64,000 bases of DNA, taken from assembly GCA_038206915.1 (NCBI GenBank), contig JBBRAI010000002.1:5510-69509 (forward strand), written 5' to 3'. Under the pieces are notes generated by a model that did no database searches, was not told the DNA's origin, and worked only from the letters and a program-made list of their open reading frames with translations. A program made the translations under genes and the position numbers. This DNA is from Burkholderiales bacterium. Its GTDB lineage: Bacteria; Pseudomonadota; Gammaproteobacteria; Burkholderiales; SG8-39. This document shows, one piece after another, positions 47,556 to 55,235 of this stretch; within the stretch, counting starts at the first letter, position 1, and each line of letters opens with the position of its first letter.

Positions 47556-48734
47556 TTAATTTGGTTCGATGTGGGTCACGGTGATCGCGCCACCTTTCTT
47601 CATATGCAGGATGTCGAAGTCGAATACCGCCTCGCCGGTCTTGTCATAGCGGATATTCCAGACGCCATGATACGTAAACGACATCAGCGCCTGCTTGACC
47701 TTGGCTACGTCCTCGACCGTGCCCGCCTTCTTCATTGCGTCGACCAGCATATACACGTGGTCATAGCAGGACGAAGAGCAAAGCGGTGCCTGATCGTACG
47801 GGAAATCACGTTTATAAAACGCCTTGTATGCTTCGATAAATGCCTTGGTCTTCGGTTCGGTCTTCTCGGCCTGCTCGAAATACTTCGGCAGGTAGGCGAT
47901 ATAGTCGTCGATCAGGTCTTTGTTCTTCAGGGCAGGCCCCATCGACCCGCGTACCGTGAAGAATTTCTTGAACAAGCCCGTCTCCGTCGCTTGACGCACG
48001 ATATCGTAGAGCACGGCGTCGACATAACCTGGAAACAGATACTCGGGCTTGTTGGCCGCGAGCTTGGCGAGCGGGGCGGAGAAGTCCTTGGTGCCGGGCT
48101 CGAACATCTCCACCTGCAGGTCGATGCCTGCGGCCTTGAAGATAGGCGCATAAATGTCCACCGCTACCTTGCCGAAGGCGTCGTTCTGGAACAGCATCGC
48201 CGCCTTCTTTACGCCCTGCTTCTTGAGGTAATTGACCATCAACTGACCGAAGCCATCGGATCCCGCGTCCCAGTTCCAGGTGCGCAGGAGGTACTCGTGA
48301 TCGGGTGTGCCAAGCTTCGCATGGATGGCGGTGGCGCCGCCCATCAGCAGGAACTTGCCGTTGTTCTGCGTCAGATAGGGCTCGATGCCGTTGAATACGT
48401 TGGTGAGAAACGGACCGAATATGTACTTGACCTTGTCCTGCTCCAGCAGCTGCTTGGCTATGATCTGCGCTTCCTGCGGATTTGCGCGCGTGTCAGGCGA
48501 GATCAGTTCGAGCTTGTAGGTTTTGGCACCTACCTTGAAGCCGCCGGACTTGTTGATTTCTTCAACCGCCAGCTTCGCCCCCTGGCTGCCCATCCAGCCG
48601 TAGGTGGCGAGCGTGCCGGTCTGCGCTTCGATCTGCCCCAGTTTAACGATGTCCTGCGCTGCGGCTGGCGCCGCAGTGCACGCGGCCAGCAAAGTTGCGG
48701 CCGCGCACATTTTCAACAGATTGCCTGCATTCAT
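47556..48734 (-). CDS. ABC transporter substrate-binding protein (Leu/Ile/Val-binding / amide-urea family fold)
   Basis: The 392-aa ORF follows a GGAGGAG RBS and has a signal peptide ending AAAQ. It is the first gene of a Liv-type operon. Confidence 0.8.
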   Translation of the reverse strand: MNAGNLLKMCAAATLLAACTAAPAAAQDIVKLGQIEAQTGTLATYGWMGSQGAKLAVEEINKSGGFKVGAKTYKLELISPDTRANPQEAQIIAKQLLEQDKVKYIFGPFLTNVFNGIEPYLTQNNGKFLLMGGATAIHAKLGTPDHEYLLRTWNWDAGSDGFGQLMVNYLKKQGVKKAAMLFQNDAFGKVAVDIYAPIFKAAGIDLQVEMFEPGTKDFSAPLAKLAANKPEYLFPGYVDAVLYDIVRQATETGLFKKFFTVRGSMGPALKNKDLIDDYIAYLPKYFEQAEKTEPKTKAFIEAYKAFYKRDFPYDQAPLCSSSCYDHVYMLVDAMKKAGTVEDVAKVKQALMSFTYHGVWNIRYDKTGEAVFDFDILHMKKGGAITVTHIEPN

Positions 48735-48825
48735 GATCTCTCTCCTCCTGTGGATTGAACCAACTTCGTGCTAGTCCGGCGCCGTGCAACGCGTGAAATT
48801 TGACCGTCGGACTGGTGATATATCA

Positions 48826-48883
48826 TTAGTATGTTTGTAACATGCTACTTGAGCGCCAGCGGCGAATCAAGCTGCGCGTTCCG
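48826..48883 (-). promoter_or_regulatory. sigma70-like promoter plus downstream TGATATATCA operator for the Liv-type importer operon
   Basis: On the minus strand TTGATT (48865-48870) is followed by 17 nt, then TAGCAT (48842-48847), then the palindrome TGATATATCA (48826-48835). The upstream block ATCAAGCTGCGCGTTCCG (48866-48883) is duplicated at 51850-51867. Confidence 0.55.
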
Positions 48884-48914
48884 TCAGCGGTATTGGCTGT
48901 TTTCGGGACGGTCG

Positions 48915-50825
48915 TCAGCTAGCCATCAGCCGCTTGGCCAACTCAACCGCTTCGCCTGCATCGCCGGCATAACCGTCGGCCCCTATGTCATGCGCGAATT
49001 TTTCGTTCACCGCGGCGCCGCCGACGATGATTTTTACCCCGTCACGCAGCCCCGCATTCGTCAGCGCCTTGATCACCTTGCCCATTTCCGTCATGGTCGT
49101 TGTCAGCAGCGCGGACAGTCCGACGATGTCGGGTTTGTACTCGGCTACTGCTTTGACGAACGCCTCGGCCGACAGGTTGATCCCCAGATCCTTCACCTCG
49201 AAGCCGACTCCGCGCAGCATGGTGACCACCATGTTCTTGCCAATATCGTGAAAATCGCCTCTCACGGTGCCTACGAGCGCCCTTCCCGTGACCTCGCGCT
49301 TGGCCGCGGCCAGATGCGGTTCGAGCACCTTCAACCCCTCGCTCATGGCCCGGGCGGACAGCAGCACCTGCGGAATGAACAGCTCGCCGGCGCCGAACTT
49401 CACGCCTATCGCCTGCATGGTCTCGAGCATGCCGTGATCGAGAATCTGCTTGGCGCTCAAGCCCCGATCCAGCAGCGCCTGTACATGCGCGCCGATTTCC
49501 TTGTGCCGGCCCTTGCGCACGTCTTCGCGTACGCTTTCGTAGTCCTGCGCCTCTGCGGGCGGGAGCGTCAGCCGAATCTTGACTTCCTCAAGGTGCGCCG
49601 CGGAGAGCGGCCGGGCTGAGCCGGCTTGAAGCGGCAGCCGCGCCTCCTTTTCCGCGCGCTCGCCGATGCGGATCAAACGCTCGAAGACTGCGTTGGGCGG
49701 CGTGGTGTCGGCGATGCCGAGGATGAAGCGCCTGCCCGGGGCTATGACTTTGAACAGATGATCCAGATAGGCTTCGAACTCCTCCCCGGTCGCGGATTCG
49801 GCCAGCACCATGTTCGAGGGAATGCCGCCGAAGATCGTCAGTTTTTCACCCCATCGCTGGTAGTACTCCTCGATCTTCACCTTGGTCATGGGATAGGGGC
49901 ATATCGCCTCGGCGACATGCATGCCGGAATCTCGAATCAGGTCCATCAGCCCGAAATTCTCGCCGTCGCAATGCACCAGCGACACCTTGCCTTTCTCCCC
50001 CAAGGTGTCGGAGGCCTTGCGGATCCAGGGCGTGATCTCCTTTTCGAAGTACTCCGGGTAGGTAATCATGTCGTCGACGTTGGCGCCCCACAGCACCAGC
50101 TCGGCCGGGGAATCGGCGATGATCTTCAAGCCCTGTTCGAAAAAGTGCGACACGCTGTCGGCCAGTGTGCGCATCTCCTTTTGGTAGTCGTTGTAGTGGT
50201 AGTAAAAGTCGGTCGCGTCCACGAACTCCTTCTGGATGTGATGCATGGGGGAGCACGCCAGGCCGATCATGGTGCCGGGGACACCGTCCTCGCCGACGTA
50301 TTGCTGCCAGGCGCGAAAGCGCTCGAAGCTGGGAACGAGCGTGAGATTCTCGAACAGGTAGCCGACGACCTTGTAGTCTTCCGGCCGTTTGATCACGTGC
50401 TCTTCGATCCAGGTGATCGAAGCGCCGGCGCGGCGCATTTCGTCCGAATACATGGTTTTGGTGCTCACGCTGCCTACCGGCGTGTGGTACAGCACCGTGG
50501 TGTAATCGCCCTGTCTTTTCACCTCGATATCGATTGTGGGTGAAAATTTTAAGTCGAATACCATTTCCTTCAGGCAGTACAGACCCAGTGCGCGATGCAG
50601 CATGTCATCGGGTTTGTCCACCTTGAGGAATTCCGGCACGATTTTGTGCAGCGCCCATCCTTGGGCGCGCGAAATCTCGTCCTGGGTGCGGCCCTTGTGC
50701 TGCTTCGGCAAGGTATCGAAGGCGACATTGGCGTTGTACCAAAGATCGATTCTGGGAACATAGGGAAGCGTGTCCGGCATCTCTCCCTTCAGCGCCGCCA
50801 GGATTCTTTGTTTGTGGGTTGGCAC
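48915..50825 (-). CDS. fusion protein: URO-D/MtaA-like methyltransferase domain + B12-binding domain (CmuA-like architecture), copy 2
   Basis: ORF 48915..50960 trimmed to the in-frame GTG at 50825, preceded by GGAGGAG 5 nt upstream. This aligns VPTHKQRILAALKGEMPDTLPYVPRIDLWY with the N-terminus of copy 1. The B12 motifs are GDFHDIGKN, SALLTTT and VGGAA. Confidence 0.8.
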   Translation of the reverse strand: MPTHKQRILAALKGEMPDTLPYVPRIDLWYNANVAFDTLPKQHKGRTQDEISRAQGWALHKIVPEFLKVDKPDDMLHRALGLYCLKEMVFDLKFSPTIDIEVKRQGDYTTVLYHTPVGSVSTKTMYSDEMRRAGASITWIEEHVIKRPEDYKVVGYLFENLTLVPSFERFRAWQQYVGEDGVPGTMIGLACSPMHHIQKEFVDATDFYYHYNDYQKEMRTLADSVSHFFEQGLKIIADSPAELVLWGANVDDMITYPEYFEKEITPWIRKASDTLGEKGKVSLVHCDGENFGLMDLIRDSGMHVAEAICPYPMTKVKIEEYYQRWGEKLTIFGGIPSNMVLAESATGEEFEAYLDHLFKVIAPGRRFILGIADTTPPNAVFERLIRIGERAEKEARLPLQAGSARPLSAAHLEEVKIRLTLPPAEAQDYESVREDVRKGRHKEIGAHVQALLDRGLSAKQILDHGMLETMQAIGVKFGAGELFIPQVLLSARAMSEGLKVLEPHLAAAKREVTGRALVGTVRGDFHDIGKNMVVTMLRGVGFEVKDLGINLSAEAFVKAVAEYKPDIVGLSALLTTTMTEMGKVIKALTNAGLRDGVKIIVGGAAVNEKFAHDIGADGYAGDAGEAVELAKRLMAS

Positions 50826-50900
50826 GCGTTCTCCTCCGTGGCGGCCGAAGTTAGCTGTCCGGGAATCGGTCCGGCCCCTCGGCATCGCCTCCATGCCGCC

Positions 50901-50947
50901 TAACATATCAGTAATATATGAGCTGGCGGTTTGATCCAGATCAAAGC
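50901..50947 (-). promoter_or_regulatory. 47-nt conserved regulatory block upstream of fusion copy 2 (paralogous to 54481-54527)
   Basis: On the minus strand it reads gcTTTGATCTGGATCAAAccgccagCTCATATATTACTGATATgtta. By my hand alignment 39 of 47 positions are identical to the block upstream of the corrinoid-protein operon. Confidence 0.6.
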
Positions 50948-50994
50948 GATCACAGATCATCGGCCGCAGCGCGGCCGGCTATTGCCGGCTGGAT

Positions 50995-51759
50995 TCAGGC
51001 AGGCTGCCGGGTGAATGGCTTCAGCGCGTGTTTCGCGATCGTCTGCTTGAGTTCGGGCTTGATATGCTTCTCGCTGTAGCCGTTGAATACGTGTCCGAGC
51101 AGGCCGCGGTCCAGATCGCTGGTGCCCATGATCCAGTCGGCGATGGGAAACGTCAGGTTCATGTTGATGTCCATCATGATGCCCTGATTGTGATGCGCCG
51201 TATGGTGGCGGCGGATGGTGTTGACGAACGGCATATTTTGCACGAACCAGTTCTCATGCACGTGGCAGCAGTAGTGGAAGGTTTCGTAAATCAGATACTG
51301 GCCAACCATCGTAACCAGCAGGATGTAGCCCGCATTAGGGTTGATCAGCCAGCCGAGCAGCAGCGCGAATGGCATGCCCAGGCCGATAAACGTGAATAAC
51401 GCGCGCCACGGGAAGAAAATAATGCGGAACTCCCGGGTCGAATCCACGGTCATCTCGCCGTCGGTGAAGTACTGGTGGTGTTGGCGGGTGTGGCGGTCGT
51501 AGATGGCGCGCAGCGCCCACACGTCGCGCAGCCGGTGCATGACGTATTTGTGTATCCACCATTCGAAAATATTCGAGAAACAGAATACCGGCACCACCAG
51601 CAGCCATTCCCATCCTGAATCGTGCAGGCGCGATATGCACCAGGCGATCGTCGCGATGCCGGTGGAGTACATCACGCCGATGTGAACCAAACCGTTGTAA
51701 AGAGGATGGATCTGTGCAGTGTATTCTTCGCGGAACTTGCGCTGTCGCTCTGTCATCAT
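50995..51759 (-). CDS. fatty acid hydroxylase / sterol desaturase superfamily membrane di-iron oxygenase
   Basis: The 254-aa protein has TM segments and three His boxes: HKYVMH, HTRQHH and HHTAHH. A GGAGGA RBS precedes it. Confidence 0.8.
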   Translation of the reverse strand: MMTERQRKFREEYTAQIHPLYNGLVHIGVMYSTGIATIAWCISRLHDSGWEWLLVVPVFCFSNIFEWWIHKYVMHRLRDVWALRAIYDRHTRQHHQYFTDGEMTVDSTREFRIIFFPWRALFTFIGLGMPFALLLGWLINPNAGYILLVTMVGQYLIYETFHYCCHVHENWFVQNMPFVNTIRRHHTAHHNQGIMMDINMNLTFPIADWIMGTSDLDRGLLGHVFNGYSEKHIKPELKQTIAKHALKPFTRQPA

Positions 51760-51801
51760 GGGCAGTCCTCCACGTAATGAAGCCTGCGGCGGCTTCGGAC
51801 A

Positions 51802-51867
51802 CGTGATATATCACGCGTATATCTTATGCTACGCGCGCCGCCGGCTTTTATCAAGCTGCGCGTTCCG
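51802..51867 (-). promoter_or_regulatory. sigma70-like promoter plus downstream CGTGATATATCACG operator for the hydroxylase gene
   Basis: On the minus strand TTGATA (51849-51854) is followed by 17 nt, then TAGCAT (51826-51831), then a perfect 14-bp palindrome (51802-51815). The geometry matches that at 48826-48883. Confidence 0.55.
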
Positions 51868-52053
51868 GTAGCCGCCGCGCCGGAGCGGCGCCCAGGCCGG
51901 CGCCGTCGAGGTGTTCTGGCACGCGTTTGTCGATGATCACGGATTCCGGCTTCATATGCTCCCCGTTAAAATTCGCCAAACTACCGCCATATGCCGTTCC
52001 GACCAGTGCGGAACGTATCCGGGGCCGGAGAGGGTCCGGGGCGGCATTCTTGG

Positions 52054-52749
52054 TCAGAAGTCGATGGTCACCGTCCCCCGCGTAAACTTGGCCACGGCGT
52101 CCAGCAGTTTGTCCATCGCTTTGGCCGCGGCGGACTCGTTGCCCGAGCCGATACTACGCGAGAGGTTGGCATGCAGCTTGGCGGTGAGTGGCAAGTCCGC
52201 CGCCTGCTTGTAATGAATGTACCAGAAGCGCCGCGACAGAGAGTGCATCAGGCCCATAGCGCCGGAGGCAAATTCGTTGCGCGCCGCGATCACCGAAAGT
52301 TCATTGAATTCGCGATCCACCCGCATGAACGTAACATCGTTGTTGGTCTTGGCGCTCGCTTCGAATTGGCGCGCGAGCGCGAGGAAGCGTTCGCGCTCCT
52401 CGGGCGTCGCGCGCCGTGCCGCGCTCCTCGCCACCAGGCGCTCTACTTCGCGCCGCACCTCAAGCAGCCTCAACTGGCTCTTCACATTGATCTCGGAAAC
52501 GATGATTCCCCGCCGCGGCAGTATATTGACCAGGCGCTCGCGTGCGAGACGTTGCAGTGCCTCGCGTATGGGCGTGCGCCCGATCCCGAGACGTTGCGAC
52601 AGGGCGGTCTCGGACACGGTGCTGCCCGGTGGCAACTTCAGCGTGACGATCATTTCCTCAAGAATGCCGTAGGCGCGTTCGGTCAGCGAAATATCCGCTT
52701 CGGATGCGACTTTTTCCGGCTTTCTGACGGTGGTTTTTTGTGGTTTCAC
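52054..52749 (-). CDS. GntR family transcriptional regulator (FadR/FCD subfamily)
   Basis: The N-terminal winged HTH reads ETALSQRLGIGRTPIREALQRLARERLV, and the C-terminal domain is all-helical. The GTG start overlaps the PanB-like stop (GTGA). Confidence 0.85.
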   Translation of the reverse strand: MKPQKTTVRKPEKVASEADISLTERAYGILEEMIVTLKLPPGSTVSETALSQRLGIGRTPIREALQRLARERLVNILPRRGIIVSEINVKSQLRLLEVRREVERLVARSAARRATPEERERFLALARQFEASAKTNNDVTFMRVDREFNELSVIAARNEFASGAMGLMHSLSRRFWYIHYKQAADLPLTAKLHANLSRSIGSGNESAAAKAMDKLLDAVAKFTRGTVTIDF

Positions 52750-53627
52750 TGGTGCTTGCGTTTTTCGACGAGGTTGAGAAATTTTTCGTACTCCTTCTCG
52801 TCCACGCCATAGCTGTGATCGTCGTCCGGGAAGGTGCCGGCTTTTACGTCGGCGATGTAGGCCTTGATGCCGTTCACCGCGACCTCGGTCAGATTGGCAT
52901 AGCGCTTGGTGAACTTCGGCTTGAAGTCGGTGAATACGCCGAGCAGATCATGGCAAAGCAGGATCTGGCCATCGGTACCGGCGCCAGCGCCTATGCCTAT
53001 GGTCGGGATTTCGAGCTGCTTCGATATCACCGCGGCGATCTTCGCCGGCACCGCTTCAAATTCGAGCATGAAGCAGCCCGCATCCTGAATCGCGAGCGCG
53101 TCGCCGAGTATCTTCATCGCCGCTTCCGCGCTGCGTCCCTGGATGCGGAAGCCGCCGAACATAGCGATGGTGTGCGGCGTGAGGCCGATGTGCGAGGCGG
53201 TCGGAATACCGGCATCTACCAGCGCTTTGAGTATGTGCGCCTGAGATTTTCCGCCCTGCGGCTTTACCGCGTCGCTGCCGGCATCCTGCATGAAGCGCGT
53301 TGCGTTGAGCAGGGCGCGATCGATCGTGTTATAGCTCTGGTAGGGCATGCAGCCCAGTACGAAGGTGGCGGGCGCGCCACGGCGGATGGCCGCCGCGTGC
53401 ATCACCATCATGTCCATGGTGGCGGGAATCGTGCTCGAATGTCCATGCGCGATCATCGCCAGGCTGTCCCCGACCACGGCAACGTCGACGCCCGCGGTTT
53501 CGGCCCATTTGGCCGCCGTATAATCGGGCACCGACATGTAGACCATCTTCTCACCGCTGTTCTTGGATTCGCGTATTTCCTGGATGGTCCGCTTTTTGCG
53601 TTCCGTGCCTGGGCTTGCCTGGGCCAA
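52746..53627 (-). CDS. 3-methyl-2-oxobutanoate hydroxymethyltransferase (PanB) family protein, copy 2
   Basis: ORF 52746..53717 trimmed to the TTG at 53627, which has an AAGGAG RBS 6 nt upstream. PanB motifs are present: VGDSLAM, RRGAP, VKPQGG, SHIGLTPH, LEFEAVP and GIGAGAGTDGQILL. Confidence 0.8.
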   Translation of the reverse strand: MAQASPGTERKKRTIQEIRESKNSGEKMVYMSVPDYTAAKWAETAGVDVAVVGDSLAMIAHGHSSTIPATMDMMVMHAAAIRRGAPATFVLGCMPYQSYNTIDRALLNATRFMQDAGSDAVKPQGGKSQAHILKALVDAGIPTASHIGLTPHTIAMFGGFRIQGRSAEAAMKILGDALAIQDAGCFMLEFEAVPAKIAAVISKQLEIPTIGIGAGAGTDGQILLCHDLLGVFTDFKPKFTKRYANLTEVAVNGIKAYIADVKAGTFPDDDHSYGVDEKEYEKFLNLVEKRKHQ

Positions 53628-53647
53628 ATTGGACTCCTTGTCGTGTG

Positions 53648-53672
53648 ACTGATATGCGTGCAGTATATCAGT
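53648..53672. promoter_or_regulatory. inverted repeat ACTGATAT-N9-ATATCAGT in the PanB2/Fe-S-protein divergent region
   Basis: Read directly. The arms are 8 bp and perfect. The repeat lies 21 nt upstream of the PanB2 start. Confidence 0.55.
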
Positions 53673-53762
53673 TGTGTTTTCAGCAGTGTAATGCGCACCG
53701 GGCGACAAGTGTGCCACCTTACAGGTGTCCTGGCGCGTGCCGCTGCAGGCGCGGAGCAGGCA

Positions 53763-54476
53763 ATGAACTTAAGCGATGTAGAGGCGAGTCTGGCGCAGGC
53801 CGGACTCAGTTCGCGCGGTGCATTTCATCCGGTCGCGCGCGATGGCGTACCGCTTTTCGCTCCGGGCGTCGCGGCGCGCACAGTGGTGCTTGCCGGCAAT
53901 GCGGGGCCGCGCATGTGGCGCCGCTTCGCCGGCGTCCGTGCCGCGCGCGGGATCTCCCTGGACGCATGGTCGGAAACCGTCCTGAACGGTCTCGCTGAGC
54001 AACTCGGTGCGGCGGCCGCGTACCCGTTCAAGCGTCCCTACCTCCCGTTCCAGCGCTGGGCCAGGCGCGCGCAAGCCTGCCATGGGTCGCCCTTGGGGCT
54101 GCTGATCCACCCGGACTACGGCGTGTGGCACGGCTATCGCGGGGCGCTGTTGTTCGCGCAGGAACTGAAGTTGCCCGAACCCGATCGCCGCCCGAGTCCC
54201 TGCGCAAGCTGCGCGGAGCGACCCTGCATGTCGGCATGTCCGGTCGGCGCATTTTCCGACATGCGCTACGACGTTCCCGCCTGCGCGCGCTACCTGGCGG
54301 CTACGCCGGAACCTGCGTGCATGGAGATCGGCTGCCTCGCGCGCCATGCCTGTCCGGTCGGGCGCGACTACCGCTATGCGCCGGAGCAGGCGCGGTTCCA
54401 CATGCTGTCGTTCCGGCGCAACCATCAGCCCGGCGCAGCTGCGGCACAAAACCAGGGGGCGAAGCGCCCTGTGTAA
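53763..54476 (+). CDS. 4Fe-4S cluster protein resembling the C-terminal part of epoxyqueuosine reductase (QueG) / reductive-dehalogenase-type enzymes
   Basis: ORF 53658..54476 trimmed to MNLSDVE. The segment GLLIHPDYGVWHGYRGALLF...PCASCAERPCMSACPVGAF matches the QueG-like pattern and has a C-x2-C-x..-C-x3-C-P ferredoxin motif. A further Cys cluster follows (CARYL...CMEIGCLARHACPVG). Confidence 0.5.
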   Translation: MNLSDVEASLAQAGLSSRGAFHPVARDGVPLFAPGVAARTVVLAGNAGPRMWRRFAGVRAARGISLDAWSETVLNGLAEQLGAAAAYPFKRPYLPFQRWARRAQACHGSPLGLLIHPDYGVWHGYRGALLFAQELKLPEPDRRPSPCASCAERPCMSACPVGAFSDMRYDVPACARYLAATPEPACMEIGCLARHACPVGRDYRYAPEQARFHMLSFRRNHQPGAAAAQNQGAKRPV

Positions 54477-54480
54477 CGCC

Positions 54481-54527
54481 GGTTTGATTCAGATCAAATC
54501 GGCCGCTCATATATTACTGATATATTA
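54481..54527 (+). promoter_or_regulatory. 47-nt conserved regulatory block upstream of the corrinoid-protein operon
   Basis: It reads ggTTTGATTCAGATCAAAtcggccgCTCATATATTACTGATATatta. The palindrome is TTTGAT-N4-ATCAAA, followed by an ACTGATAT half-site. It ends 50 nt before the ATG at 54577. Confidence 0.6.
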
Positions 54528-54576
54528 CATGCAATCCGACTTGAACCGCGGGCTCAACCGAGAGGGAGACAGGCAG

Positions 54577-55212
54577 ATGGCCGACATACTCGAGACAATC
54601 AAGGAGATGTGCATCAAGGGCAAGCGCGTGGAAACGCTGGCGGAGGTGAAGCGCGCGCTTGCCGACGGCATCGACGCCAAGACGGTGATGACGCAGAGTC
54701 TGATACCGGCGATGGCGGTGGTGGGCGAAAAGTATTCCTCGGGCGAGTTCTTTTTGCCGCAGATGATGCTCGGTGCGCGCGCGATGAGCGAAACGATGGC
54801 ATTCCTCAAGCCCCACTTGGTGCAGGGAAGTTACGAGAAGAAGGGCAAGGCGGTGGTCGGGACGGCGCAGGGCGACTTTCACGATATCGGCAAGAACATC
54901 GTCAAGATCATGCTCGAGGGCGGCGGCTATGAAGTTGTCGACCTCGGCGTGGATGTGAGTCCGCAGGCGTTTGTCGACGCGGTGCGGAAAGAGGCACCGC
55001 GCTTTGTCCTGGTCAGCGCGCTGATCACGCTCACCATGGACAGCATGCGCAAAACCGTCAAGGCGCTGGAAGGCGCCGGGGTGCGCGGCCAGGTCGTGGT
55101 GGGGATCGGCGGCGCGCCGGTGACGCAGAAGTTCGCCGACGAAATCGGCGCCGACTTCTACAGTCAGGACGCGTACCAGTGCGTCGAGAAGTGCAACCAG
55201 TTGCTGCATTGA
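54577..55212 (+). CDS. corrinoid (cobalamin-binding) protein, MtaC/MtbC/MtvC-like
   Basis: The 211-aa protein starts MADILETIKEMCIKG, with a GGGAG RBS. It has a helical cap and a B12 Rossmann domain with GDFHDIGKN, SALITLT and IGGAP. Confidence 0.9.
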   Translation: MADILETIKEMCIKGKRVETLAEVKRALADGIDAKTVMTQSLIPAMAVVGEKYSSGEFFLPQMMLGARAMSETMAFLKPHLVQGSYEKKGKAVVGTAQGDFHDIGKNIVKIMLEGGGYEVVDLGVDVSPQAFVDAVRKEAPRFVLVSALITLTMDSMRKTVKALEGAGVRGQVVVGIGGAPVTQKFADEIGADFYSQDAYQCVEKCNQLLH

Positions 55213-55235
55213 GCGGCGCCCTAGGAGCGAGCGAA

